From NCBI RefSeq assembly GCF_009914755.1, contig NC_060930.1: a stretch of DNA of 64,000 nt. One strand, 5' to 3'. This document shows, piece by piece, positions 1-12,679 of the stretch. Numbering within the stretch: position 1 is the first letter of the stretch; every line of letters begins with the position of its first letter. Source of the stretch: the human T2T-CHM13v2.0 reference genome, Homo sapiens. The translations under genes and the position numbers were made by a program. Below the pieces are notes generated by a model, which saw nothing but the letters and a program-made list of their open reading frames with translations, was not told where the DNA came from and ran no database searches.

Positions 1-63
1 AGCAGGCCAAGACACACCCTCCACTCTCCCCATGCTTGCTGTCCCACAGATACCCTCTTACAG
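1..63 (+). CDS. BRPF3: BRPF3 coding exon (exon 2), 3' end only; exon starts upstream of the window
   Basis: Frame from base 2 reads AGQDTPSTLPMLAVPQIPSY-(R). Donor AG|GTAAGC at 64. The phase-2 junction joins in frame to the exon at 2952. Confidence 0.93.
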
Positions 64-319
64 GTAAGCATGCCCAGAAGGGCTCCTTAGGGACTCATGG
101 TTTCTTCTTGGGTTGGTGTTGGCCCTGTGCCAGGCCTTCGCTAAACACAGTTGGACACTATATCCTCCTCCCCGAATTTAAACTCTTCCTTTTGACCCCA
201 GGCTCACCTGGCCTGGTTTGTGGTTTTGATTTTGCCCTCAGAGTAATGTATTTCCTTTAGTTCAAAGTGAAATAAAACACTTAAGTTACTTAGAAACTCA
301 GGTGATAGGATATCTAAGA

Positions 320-545
320 CAGTATTTTTCAATAGGGGCACTAAGTGACATTTTGGACAGGATAATTCTTCGTTATTAGAAGTGTCCTGTACATTTCTAG
401 ATGTTTAGTATCCCTGGTCTTTGTAAATGCCAGTCGCATCCCCTCCCCCATTGCCTGGTCTTTGTGACAAACTCAAACCCTCCTCATGCATGTTTTCAAA
501 AACCCTTGGGGAGGGTAGAACTAATTACCCAGTGAAGAACCACTG
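320..545 (-). mobile_element. MER20-like hAT-Charlie DNA transposon
   Basis: cagtatttttcaa...gaagaaccactg termini and internal gacattttggacaggataattctt resemble the MER20 consensus. Confidence 0.75.
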
Positions 546-1479
546 TTTCAGAGGATCGGCATGGCCATCTGCTGTCCAGCAAGTTCTGTCCTGGGTATGA
601 GGGGGGTGGTGGTGTGGAGAGAACATGCTATTCCTCCTCTTGAAGCTTTAGATTTAGGGATAAGAGGATCATTCAGTTCAGCTGTGTAGCTAAGCTCTGT
701 GGACCCCCCCCCCCCTCCGCCCCCGCCATTGAGTCTGTAGAGAGCCCATGGTACCTGTTTTAAAACATCAGAGAGGTACCTGGAACCATTGGAGGGATGG
801 GAGCTTGGCAGAGAAGCAAGAGATAGGGAAGATTTCCTAGCAGAGACTCATCTCAGGGGTGGTGTTCATTAAACAGTATACACTGTTAGAGCAGGAAGGA
901 GTCTTGGAGACTGTTCATCTGATGTAGTCCTTGCACCTTCTCCCACACCCCCAGATGAAGAAACTGCGGCCAAGGGAGGTAAAGTTGTTCACTCCTTTAT
1001 TCATTCAATGATATATTTATTGAGCACTTAATACATGCCATGTCCTGTTCTAAGGGATGGAACCAGGTGGAAAGTGACAGACCCTATACCACAAGAGCTG
1101 GGGCTCATGATGCCTCTAGGTTGCATTCCTGTAGTCCGTCTCTCTTGATGAGAAGGGTAGAGAGAAAGGAGTGCTGGGGAAAGAGTTGTGTGAGAGCTAT
1201 GAATAGGCAACCAGACTTGCCAGGCTGGGAAGAAGACATAAGTGTGAGATCAGAAGGGGGAGGCTCTTATTGCCAGTTATTACCCAAGTTAGAATTTCAG
1301 TGACTCTGTATGTGTTTTCTAGTCACAGAGCTGTTCTAGGTTATTCTTTTTCCTGAGGTAAGTGGGTGGATGCTTAGTTCCCATCTGTAGGGTGGTTTTA
1401 CCCTGAGGCTAGAATCTTTGGTTGACATATATGTTGTTCTAGATGCCTCTTGCTGGGGCCAGCAGAGCTTGCTGGCTAA

Positions 1480-1690
1480 GAACCAGACAAACCTACATTT
1501 GAAACCCAATTCTGTGACTTAGTACCTTTGTGACTTTTGGCAAGTTGCTTAGCTGCTCTAAGCCTTAGTTTATTTGTAAATGAACCCACCACATAGAGTT
1601 GTTGTGAGAAATAAATGAGATAATATAAGTAAAGCACTTAGCACAGTGTCTGGCAAATAGTAAGTGCTCAATAAATGGTGACTACTGCTG
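1480..1690 (+). mobile_element. MIR SINE
   Basis: tgtgacttttggcaagttgcttag...gttgttgtgaga...aaagcacttagcacagtgtctggc core. Similar MIR remnants at ~6215-6470, 7345-7830, 14330-14560, 18620-18830, 23990-24140, 28030-28240, 47800-48240 and 59950-60110. Confidence 0.8.
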
Positions 1691-1734
1691 CTGCTGCTAT
1701 TTTATTATTGCTGTTCTTTTCCCTACCTGCACAA

Positions 1735-1928
1735 ATGCTGTTGGGATCCTCCATGGCCAAGAGGTAGAGGGAGGGTGCTGCCTACATCTGGGCAGGTGTG
1801 CTTGGCATGGACATTGGTCGGGATCTGTCCTTTGGGGAGAGGCCTAGTTCTTGATTTTATAAGCTTGGCTTTGGGGCAGGAATGTCTGACTGTGGAGAGG
1901 AGCAAGGCCTAGGTGAGCAACGTCCTGC
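1735..1928 (+). repeat. Dispersed direct duplication, copy 1
   Basis: Matches 4501-4697 with 3 substitutions and one 3-bp indel. Confidence 0.97.
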
Positions 1929-2951
1929 CCAACATGCCCATCCTTCTAAGGTTTCAACTTGTTTAGCTGTGCTTATCTTTGTTTCAATGGAGTGGCATGA
2001 AGAGAAAAAGGAGAGGAAACACCACAAGAGCACTGAGGCCTTGCTTACCCTGTGGATAACCAGTCTGGGGATGTACCATGGTATAGCAGAGAGATCGTGG
2101 ATTCAAATCCAACCTGGATCCACCATCTTATTACCTGTATTAGTTACTTTGACAGTTTATTCAGCTTCTGTTCCTATGCTGCCTTTCCATCTTTTGTAAA
2201 ATGGAAATAATGATACCCACCTTGCAATATGGATATTAAAGACAGATATTATAGGCTTGCATTAGTTCCTCTCCTACCCCTTTTCCTCCCCCAAGGAGTT
2301 ACTGGCTTAAACCCTGACCTTAAGACTTTTGAGTAGTTTAGCCAGCTGGGTTTTCACATTTCCCATCCTCTTACATCTTTAGATCCAATTTTTTTTTTCA
2401 TTTGGTTCAAAATTAAACAACATTTTTAGGCTGTTGAGGTTTATACCATGAAAAACCAGACGTCAAACAAGTCTAAGGGGTTGCATTGGGCTCAGCCTGG
2501 TTGTGGGCTACCCCCTGGTTTGATGGGACTCTCAGCCGCAGAAGGCAGGAAATAGTGGCCACATTAACCATAGCTTACCCCAGTTCCTGTTCCCTTTCGC
2601 TGCTTTTATAAGAGGAGGCTGGGGGTATTGAGGCATAGGCTTGTTTTTCAGTCCGTACGTGGAACAAGGAAGTCCAGGACCATAGGAAACGGGACTCTGG
2701 GAGATGGTTCTTTTGGAGGATTAGGACTGCAAGGCAAGAGGTGGAAAAGCAAATGAAATAACTCATGCTGAATCTGAGCTGCTTAACTTTACTGTCCTTT
2801 TCAAGCCTTTCTCTGAGGTGAGGTATTTGGCCATTTTATTCTGTCTTCCTGTATAAGGTTCAGAAATGAACCAGGTCTGGATAGGATGCACAGGCTGTAA
2901 TCTGGGCTGCCCACTGACCTTGTCTTTCACTTCCGTGTGCCTCTACTCAAG

Positions 2952-3108
2952 GTTGAACAAGATCTGTAGTGGTCTCTCCTTTCAGAGGAAAAACCAGTTT
3001 ATGCAGCGGCTTCACAATTATTGGCTGTTGAAGCGGCAGGCACGGAATGGTGTCCCTCTTATCCGGCGCTTGCACTCCCATCTGCAGTCCCAAAGAAACG
3101 CTGAGCAG
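2952..3108 (+). CDS. BRPF3: BRPF3 exon 3 (157 bp), EPC-like/ING-EAF6-binding region
   Basis: Acceptor ...ctctactcaag|G. Encodes (R)[52 protein letters not shown], containing the BRPF/JADE-type YW.LKR..RNGVPL.RRL motif. Donor CAG|GTAGGT. Confidence 0.96.
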
Positions 3109-4500
3109 GTAGGTGCAGTGGTGATTTGAGGCTGGTAGAGGGAGGTGGAGAGTGAAGGAAAAGGAATGATGGTTGGGGTGGGGCTGGCACCCCTTCTTGA
3201 TCCCTCCATGGAGCCTTTGCCTACCTGTCTGGGTGGCCTATCCCAGGAACAACCCCCAGCACTACAGAGATCTTCAAGCAGCTCCTTCTGGATGGATGAG
3301 GCTTGACTTTGTAGAGAATTCTAGGGGAGAGTGGAGAGCATGCGTAGCTTTCCATATATGTGGGGAAAATCCTCTAGATGTAGCAGAAAGCCAGAAGTAG
3401 GCTGAATGAGAGCCAGGGTGGCCACATTGTGTTAATTAGGAAAAGGTGCCCTTTCCTCAAGACATTATACTGCCATCTGCCAAAAAATGTTTCATAGTAA
3501 ATACACAAATTTACGATCTAAGTTGTAGCACACAGCCTGTCCAATTGTGGTGGCTGTTAGCCATTAGCAACTGGAGTTGCTGCATGTTTAATGTTTTCTG
3601 CTCCTAATTTCTCTTATTTTAACTCTTTAGTTCTTTCTCCCCCTTTACCTGTTCTATTCTTTCTGTCTTTAAGTGTTCCCACACTGCTGCTCCAGAGATG
3701 AAGCAAAGCTTTATGTGAGTCTGGTGCCTTCTGCATTCTGTCTGATCTCACTTTTGCCTTTTATAACTAAACTCCTGAAGTATAAGCCTGTATCTGGCCC
3801 CCCTTGAACCTTTTGGTCCACCTGCTCCACTGAAGCCTCCCCTAAAACATCAGCTACCTTCTCCCAGGAAGTCTTTCCTTATATTCTCACCTGATTGATC
3901 ATTGGGCTGCATTTGACACCACAAATGACTTTGTCTAAGAGCTTCTCTGTGATACCACTTCCGGCTGCTTCTACCTCTCTGACTGTACCCTATGCTGATC
4001 CCACTTCTTGCTCTTTAATGGTAACATTCCCAGTGGCTCTGCTATCTGCTCGTTTGCTTGGAGAACATGTCCAATCTCATAATTGACAATAACTGTAATA
4101 GCAGCTCCAGACTTTTTGTCTTGTCCTCATCCCTTTTTTCTGCCATCAGTCCCTCAGGGATGTTTCCATGTGGATGTTGTTAATTTGTAACTCAAATATT
4201 GGAAATTAATTATCTTTTTTCCTCTCAGTAAACTTATTTCCCCATCATTATGGCTCTCCCCTCCCTCCTGGACTCATATCAAAAGTTCCCCACCTTGGAG
4301 TTACTTTTGACTCTTTACTCCCTAAGGGCCATTTTTAATCATCCTTTAAGCTGCTTTGGGGGCTTTATCAACATGGGTTTTTGTCTTCATTCTGCAGCTC
4401 TCCTGCTCATCCATGCCCTCTTAATCTCAGCAATAGCTTTCTAGGTGATCTCCAGCCTCTAATTCTTTCTTTGATCTTCAACTGGTAGTTTCTTATTCAC

Positions 4501-4697
4501 ATGCTGTTGGGATCCTCCATGGCCAAGAGGTTGTAGAGGGAGGGTGCTGCCTACATCTGGGCAGGTGTGCTTGGCATGGACATTGGTGGGGATCTGTCCT
4601 TTGGGGAAAGGCCTAGTTCTTGATTTTATAAGCTTGGCTTTGGGGCAGGAATGTCTGACTGTGGAGAGGAGCAAGGCCTAGGTGAGCAATGTCCTGC
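4501..4697 (+). repeat. Dispersed direct duplication, copy 2
   Basis: Matches 1735-1928. The minus-strand ORF-track peptides at 1723 and 4459 are near-identical. Confidence 0.97.
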
Positions 4698-5606
4698 TCT
4701 TCCATTCTCTTACTTCCTCTTCCAGAATATACTCCTCTTTCTAGGCAGGCGAAGTTAAGGCTCTTTTGCCTTACATTTGAAGCTTCTTATTAGCTGTATC
4801 CTGGATCTTCCTTGGCTTTTATAGTTCTCCAGCATCTCTGTTCTGGCCAGCCTGTTTCACTTACTAAGCAAAGAATCACTAATTCTGCCTCTATATTTCT
4901 GCCCCTTTCATCCCTTTGGTTCCAGAAGAGACCTTCCTTACTACTTTGCCCATCCATGTCTGTCACCTACCTGTATGTTAAACTCTAGTAAGAGTCTTCA
5001 CCAGGAAGCTTCTCTGATCTAACCTCCACCTACTCAGATCTTCTATTTTGTATCCTCTTAGCATTTTATTTCCAGTTTATATTATTAGTTTGTATTATCT
5101 TTATGCTAATATGCCCTTGTGCTTCAAGCTCTAGGTCTCTTCCCTTCCCCTGACTCCAACTGTAATTTTTTCTAGGGCAGGAATCGTGATTTGTTTGTTG
5201 TTGTTTTACCAGAGTATATTCAGGCTTATAGTAAGAACCTTGCTTTGTTTTCTAGCCAAGTGAAAGCTCTAGGGTGAAATTCTTTTCACCCCTGAGGTCA
5301 GTTTTCTTATGAAATTCTTTCTGACCCAGAGGGCCATAGCTGCTCTCTGGCATACCTGGGGATAGGGGGAAGCAGTCCCAGATCCTACTCCAGCAAAGGT
5401 TATTGCTTTATAATGAAGAAACAGTGCTGTAATACTGGGGCAGCTCAGGAGGAAGGCATGGGGTAGAGAGGGGTGGAAGGGCTCTTGGAACTGTGGGTCA
5501 AGGAAGGGGACAAGACTTTTACCTGCTGCAGCCCCGTGAGGCTTGAACAGGGAGAGGACTTTTGCAAGAAGGAGGTTCCTAGTCCCTCTTCTCTTCCCTC
5601 CTGTAG

Positions 5607-5738
5607 CGAGAGCAGGATGAGAAGACAAGTGCAGTGAAGGAGGAGCTGAAGTATTGGCAGAAGCTCCGGCATGACTTGGAGCGGGCGCGGCTGCTGATTG
5701 AGCTGATTCGGAAGAGAGAGAAGCTCAAACGAGAGCAG
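5607..5738 (+). CDS. BRPF3: BRPF3 exon 4 (132 bp)
   Basis: Polypyrimidine tract followed by tag|. Encodes [44 protein letters not shown] (conserved [11 protein letters not shown] motif). Donor CAG|GTAAGG. Not captured by the ORF track. Confidence 0.96.
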
Positions 5739-6648
5739 GTAAGGAGGAGCCCCCAGCCCTAGGGCCCTAGTTCAAGGCCACTTTCTCCCACTATTAGTCT
5801 AGTATTGGGAAATCTGGGAGCCCCTGCCTTATGCTAGGTTTCTTTCTCCCCTCCCTACCCAGGATTGTAGGCTCCAAGATCTGCCTACTTTGTATTAGAT
5901 GTGGTGCTACTGATGGTTTCTATAGTTTGGATTTCAGCTCCTGGTGGCCTCAAGCATAAGCTTAATATCATATGCCTGGGCCTGTCCCTGTATTTTCTGA
6001 TTCAGGAAGTCTCTCAGAGGGAGCCTGGCCTTGAGGATTTTGAAAAGCTTCTTAGACCATTCTCATGGGCATCATCAGTTGAAAGCCTCTGGCCTGGGAA
6101 CTTCTGAGGGTTCCCACTTGACTCTTAAACACTTATGGTCCTGAATCATTTACATTTTCTGTTTCTCCTCTGTTCTAGGAGATTTTAAGCCCTTGAGCAT
6201 AGGAAATGTTGAGGTAGGTAGTGTAGCATAGTGTTTAGGAACATGAGCTATGGCACCAGACTGCCTGGGTTGAAATCCTGCCTCTTCTACAGACTACCTG
6301 TATGACATTAAGCAAATTCTTTAATCGCTTAATACATTGGTTTTCTCACCTGGAATATGGGGGTAATTATAGAGCCTACATCATAAGGTTGTTTTGAGGA
6401 TTAGATGACTTCATCATGTAAAGAGCTTAGAACAGTGCCTGGCACATAGTAACAGCCAGAGAAATGTCAGCTGCTGTCATTATTATTATTATCAATACTC
6501 TTTGCTTCTCTGAAGTGTCTACTGCACATGGCAGAGAGCAAATACTGTTAATTAAGTGGATGAAAAGCCAAAACTGTTCTCTCTGGTCTAGGAATAGCAG
6601 CTGTCACTCACATGCTTCAGAGGCCAGGGTTAAAGATGTTCCTTTCTT

Positions 6649-6783
6649 GCCGGGCACAGTGGCTCATGCCTGTAATCCCTGCATTTAGGGAAGCAGAGGC
6701 AGGAGGATAGGTTGAGTCCAGGAGTTTGAGATGAGCCAGGGCAACAAAGCAAGACCTGTTCTCCACAAAAAGGGGAAAAAAAA
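6649..6783 (+). mobile_element. Alu monomer (FLAM/AluJ left arm)
   Basis: Single Alu arm with A tail; degenerate TSD aaagatgtt(c/t)ctttct on both sides. Confidence 0.85.
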
Positions 6784-8079
6784 AGATGTTTCTTTCTCTT
6801 TCTCCAAATTCTAATTCAGTGGTCAGCCTTAGCACAACCCCTTTTCTAGCAGGCCAGTAGCCTGAGTTTCCTCCTCATAGCCTGGGCAGCTCATGCCATA
6901 TTTACCATGGATGGCCATGGAGGACATCTCAGGACCTTCTTCAAGGGTTCAAAATGTCTGTGCTGTCCCAGGCATGATCCCACAGCTGAACTTCTCATCT
7001 CATCTCTGGTTCAGAGAAATGAGAGAGAGAAGAAGGCCTGGTCCTGGGGAAGTAGGCAGGCCTGTTTTGATATAGCCAAAAGGTGGAAATTTTCTATAGT
7101 CTTAATTTGTGGCTTCCCAACTTTTCACATTAGGGCATATGTAGAAAATAGCATTTGTACAGCATACTACTGTAAGTATATGAAGCTACTTGCCACTTGC
7201 GGGGGCAAGCCTGGAGGCCCTGGTGACCCCATGCTGACCCAGATGCTCCAAGGGCTGATGGAATCAGTATCTCAGCACACTGGGAAATTCTGGTTCAAGC
7301 ACATTTTACATCATCATTGTGTCCCTTGGACTAAGTCAGACCTGGGTTCAAATCCTATCTCTATTCTTTTCTAGACAGATGACCTTAGACTAGTAACTCC
7401 TTCATCATGCTGTCTCTAAACCTCAGATTCCATATACATTTTTTTAATTTGTATTTTTTTTCTTTTAGTCCTTGGTGATCCTTGTTCTGATCCATATTTG
7501 TAAAATGGGGATAATAATTTCTGTTTCAGGGTTATCGTGATGATTAATTGAGGTAATACAAGTACAGAGTTAGTGTGGCATAATGGCCAAGAGCACTCAC
7601 TGTAGAATCACTGGGACTGAATCCCAACTCTGCTCCTTATTAGCTATGACTTTAGGCCAGTTACTTAGTTTCCTCTAGTTTCCTCCTAGTTCCTTAGTTA
7701 CTTGGTTTCCTCTTTGTAAAATACCTCATCTGTTCCTACCTCATATACTCATTTATTTTACATAAAATGCTTAGAACATTACCTGGCATTTAGTAAGGGC
7801 TATAGAAGTGTTAATGATTATAATTGTAATGATAATTATTATTGTTACTGTAAATTTTAGTATGATGTTTGGTACATAGGAAACAATAATAAAATAGTAG
7901 CTGTTGGTGTCATTATTCCTAGGCTAAAGGTTGGGTGATAGCTTCTCATATACTGGTCAGCTTAATATTCTATGAAAATTTGTTGTACAAGATTGGTAAA
8001 AGTCAAACTATCAAGAAAAAGTTTCAGTACATCTTTGCAGGGGATGTTCTGATCTGATCTCACCCCACCTTCCCCACAG

Positions 8080-8208
8080 GTCAAAGTCCAGCAGGCTGCC
8101 ATGGAGCTGGAGCTGATGCCATTCAATGTTCTGTTGAGGACAACACTGGACCTGCTGCAGGAGAAGGATCCTGCACACATCTTCGCAGAACCAGTCAACT
8201 TGAGTGAG
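8080..8208 (+). CDS. BRPF3: BRPF3 exon 5 (129 bp), bromodomain N-terminal part; GC donor
   Basis: Acceptor ccccacag|. Encodes [43 protein letters not shown]. Only GAG|GCAAGT keeps the frame into VPDY. Confidence 0.93.
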
Positions 8209-8508
8209 GCAAGTTCCCCCTACTTTCCAAGTAGTAAATTCTTCTTGAACTGGAACAGGGTCTGAGTAGGCTAGGAAGGAGTTGGGCCACAGGGTGTACA
8301 AAACCAGGGGTAGGAGGGTGGGTCTGGCAAAGCTAGTAGACTTGCCCTTGATGAGGGGTCAGCAGGCCAGGGTGGGCCAGGACTGTAGGTCTTTGAGTTA
8401 GCCTGGCATGGCCAAATCAGAAATTGAGGAGGCCAAGAGTATTGGTGAAGGGTGTGTCTGTTTGGCTAGTAAATGGTTGTTGTAATTGTACAGGTTTTAT
8501 ATGTTTAG

Positions 8509-8821
8509 GTTCCAGATTACCTGGAATTCATATCCAAGCCAATGGATTTTTCTACTATGAGGCGGAAGCTGGAGTCCCACCTGTACCGCACCTTGGAGGA
8601 GTTTGAGGAGGACTTTAACCTTATAGTTACCAACTGCATGAAGTATAATGCTAAAGACACAATTTTCCACCGAGCAGCTGTCCGCCTGCGGGACCTGGGA
8701 GGGGCCATCCTACGGCACGCCCGGCGGCAGGCAGAGAACATCGGCTATGACCCCGAGAGGGGCACTCACCTGCCCGAGTCACCCAAATTGGAAGACTTTT
8801 ACCGCTTCTCCTGGGAAGACG
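8509..8821 (+). CDS. BRPF3: BRPF3 exon 6 (313 bp), bromodomain core
   Basis: Acceptor gtttag|. Encodes [21 protein letters not shown]...[22 protein letters not shown]...FSWED, with the bromodomain PDY, PMD and NC..YN hallmarks. Donor G|GTGAGA. Confidence 0.97.
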
Positions 8822-9550
8822 GTGAGAGGCCTGGATGGGTGGGGAGGAGAGGGGCCAGGAGGAGGCACAGGAACAGAGTCTACAGAGTGAGGGATCAGGG
8901 TGGTCCTTGGGGCTATAGGTAGACTCCAGGAGCAAAGCTGAGGGTGAGCACAGACTGAGGTATACCTTTGTGGCTAGAATAGTTCTAAGGGTTAAAGTTT
9001 AACTAATGTACTCTGCACTTCTTAAGTGGTAGAAAAGGGGAATCAGGTACTAGTGGTCTGTTTGAAAAGCTTAAAGCCTCATCAGAGGTCTTCCTCTCTT
9101 GGATCCCCTCTGTATGGCATTGGAGCATGGGACAGGGAGAGTGCATTGCTGGTGTGTGTTTGGCTCATTCAGAAGATTGCAGGTGGAGGACCAGAAAAAT
9201 GGAATTGCCTCTGAGCCCCACACGCTGCCTGTCCCTGCTCTCTGCTTCTCGATGGCAGCAGCCAGTCACTCAGGCCAGGGTATTGCCAAGCTGCCTCATG
9301 CCTGCTCCATGGAGCCCATAATCGTGACTGTGAACTGCTTCCTGCAGACGTTTCCCAGATTCTGACCTTGCCCCTGTGGCTGCCTTCTGGGCAGTGGTGT
9401 TGCAGGGCCAAGGCCCACAGTGACGCTGCTGGAAGCTGCTGGCCCAGGCATTCCAAGAGAGAGTTTTGCATCCGAAGGATTCGGCCCCTTTCTCTTGCCC
9501 TGTGCTGGGCAGGTCCTTCAGCCCCTTCTGTCCTCCCTTCTCCCTGGCAG

Positions 9551-9853
9551 TGGACAACATCCTCATCCCAGAGAACCGGGCCCATTTGTCCCCAGAGGTG
9601 CAGCTGAAGGAGCTGCTGGAGAAACTGGACCTGGTGAGCGCCATGCGGTCCAGTGGGGCCCGCACCCGTCGTGTCCGCCTGCTACGCCGGGAGATCAATG
9701 CCCTTCGGCAGAAGCTGGCACAGCCACCACCACCACAGCCACCATCACTCAACAAGACAGTATCCAATGGGGAGCTGCCAGCAGGGCCCCAGGGGGATGC
9801 AGCTGTGCTGGAGCAGGCCTTGCAGGAGGAGCCAGAAGACGATGGGGACAGAG
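9551..9853 (+). CDS. BRPF3: BRPF3 exon 7 (303 bp)
   Basis: Acceptor ccctggcag|. Encodes (V)DNILIPENRAHLSPEVQLKELLEKLDLVSAMRSSGARTRRVRLLRREI...DDGDR. Donor AG|GTGAGA. Confidence 0.95.
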
Positions 9854-10964
9854 GTGAGAGATAGTCACAGGCAGGCAGGGGGTTGGAGGGTAAAGAGGGA
9901 CAAAGGCTAAGCTGAAATATCATAATGGGGGTATTCTTTCTGAGTTTAGATCTGACACTTGTGGGCAAGCAAAAGTGCTTGGAAGGGCCACACTTCCATG
10001 TATACGCAGGGATGATGTTCAAAATATTTAACAATCACTAGAGACTAAAATTTATCCATCTCAGTAGATGTTGGCTGTTATATTGGAGTGGGCTCCCAAA
10101 GGCCCCTGTTGTGGATATTTAGTTGCTGGATTGTGGGGAGTTTCAGGTGCTGCAGCCCAGCAGCTGTTTATTAGCCAATTAAGTATGTCAGTATTTTGCA
10201 CCTGATACAGCCGTATTGTACATACCAGTTAAATATCAGCCTACCTTGTAACATCACGTGGAGAGACTCTAGAGCAGGTTAGGTTGGGGTGTGAGGTGAT
10301 AGCAGAGAAGGAAAGACCCTGGGCTTTTGAGCCACCTCATGGTTTTTACCCCATCTGGCTGAATCTACAGGCCCATCTCAAGTAGAGAGGCCAGACTATA
10401 AAAGATAGTTGGTTTCCACAGTTTTTCTTGATCTTGAGAAAAGACAAAAAAATAAAAATAAAAAAGAAGAAAAGACAGCCAGGGAAGTGACTCTCAGAAA
10501 CCCAGGAACCTTATAAGCTAAGCTGCTTCTCATTCTTCTCCTTCACTGGGGATGGAATTGTCTCCCTCATACCTGCCTTCGGATCCGAGCCTATAGCTTG
10601 GGAGGGCCTGTCACGCACACAGTCGAAAAGGCTGGAAGTTACTTCCAATGGATAGGGGCCCAAATTGTAGGTAACAGCCCATTTTATTTTAGGTTGGCAG
10701 AGAATGGAGACATAGTTGAGAGATCACATTTGACATCAGAGGGCTTTTATGTCCATTGTGACTCCTCTGGACTCCCCGTATGACAGTCAGCATGCCATTT
10801 GTATCCCTACTTCTGGGGCTGTGGCAGTACAGAGTTGTGCCCAGTAGGCCAACAGCATCACCTAGAAAAAAAAAAAAAAAAAAAAAAGGTGTAGCCTCAC
10901 CTCCCATAGATTCAGTTAGGGATGTCTGGGCTTTGGCTTGGAAGTCTCAATTTTTAAAAGTTTC

Positions 10965-11267
<303 letters not shown>

Positions 11268-11508
11268 GTTTCAAGGTGGTAGGTGAGCACACATGTTTGG
11301 CAACCACTGATTTAACTTACTTGGTCTCGTTTTTCACATTTGTGAACTTTTTCTGCCTGCTGTACTTGTTCTTACTTGGGTGATGTGAAATAAAATCGAT
11401 TGACAGATGAGAAAACTCTTGAGTCCAGTGAGAATTGTAGATACCTAATCTGTCAAGCTGAGACTTAACCTATTTATTGATTAAGCATGTGGCTTTCTTT
11501 GTGTAGAG

Positions 11509-11678
11509 CAATGGTTTGCAATCCTCACTTCATTAGACTCACTTGGTAAGCTTTAAAAAACAAAATACCCTATCTTTACAAATTTGGTTTCAGTTGGTAT
11601 GGGATGGAGCCTAGGCATTGGAATTTTTAAGAAACTTCCTATGTGATTCTTATACATAGCCAGGGTTGAGAACTACTA
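11509..11678. mobile_element. MER5-like hAT-Charlie remnant
   Basis: ...ggcattggaatttttaagaaacttcctatgtgattct...gggttgagaactact. Similar remnants at ~24710-24885 and ~54140-54265. Confidence 0.65.
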
Positions 11679-11704
11679 GTGTAGATAAAACTTACTTCTC
11701 CTGG

Positions 11705-12012
<308 letters not shown>

Positions 12013-12172
12013 CTAATCCTCCTTTCTCTTTGCTTCAGATCTAAGACCTTGAATGCATCTCAAGCCTTATAACAGCCAATGCTTTTGGTCCTTGGTTGTC
12101 AGTGTCAGTATCTAGCTTGTAGGAGCAGACTCTTTCTAAAATGTTCAAGCAGATTCTCTTTTTTTCTAATAG

Positions 12173-12679
12173 ATGACTCCAAACTGCCTCCTCCGCCAAC
12201 CCTGGAGCCCACTGGGCCTGCACCTTCCTTGTCTGAGCAAGAATCCCCCCCGGAGCCCCCTACTCTGAAACCCATTAATGATAGCAAACCTCCAAGCAGG
12301 TTCCTAAAGCCCAGAAAGGTGGAAGAAGATGAGCTCTTGGAAAAATCACCACTGCAGCTAGGGAATGAGCCTTTGCAACGCTTGCTCAGTGACAATGGCA
12401 TCAACAGACTATCCCTCATGGCCCCTGACACCCCGGCCGGTACCCCACTTAGTGGTGTGGGTCGCCGCACATCAGTCCTCTTCAAGAAGGCCAAGAATGG
12501 GGTTAAGCTACAGAGAAGCCCAGACAGGGTCCTGGAGAATGGCGAGGACCATGGTGTGGCAGGCTCTCCTGCCTCTCCAGCCAGCATCGAGGAAGAGCGC
12601 CACTCCCGGAAGCGGCCAAGGAGCAGGAGCTGTAGTGAGAGCGAAGGGGAGAGGTCCCCCCAGCAGGAGGAAGAGACAG
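12173..12679 (+). CDS. BRPF3: BRPF3 exon 8 (507 bp), Pro/Ser/Glu-rich linker with GVGRRTSVLFKKAK motif
   Basis: Acceptor tttttctaatag|. Open frame (D)DSKLPPPP...QQEEET. Donor AG|GTGACC. Confidence 0.94.

Noticed and set aside
1723-4674. Two near-identical minus-strand peptides (MLLSTVRHSCPKAK...) suggesting a small gene pair
   Set aside because: Explained by the DNA duplication; non-ATG starts and no coding signature.
9270-10034. 254-aa minus-strand ORF
   Set aside because: Antisense shadow of GC-rich BRPF3 exon 7; no recognisable domain or independent gene signals.
10866-10888. A23 tract as a polyadenylation site or retrocopy tail
   Set aside because: No upstream AATAAA, TSD or recognisable retroposed body; more likely a simple homopolymer and a source of internal-priming artefacts.
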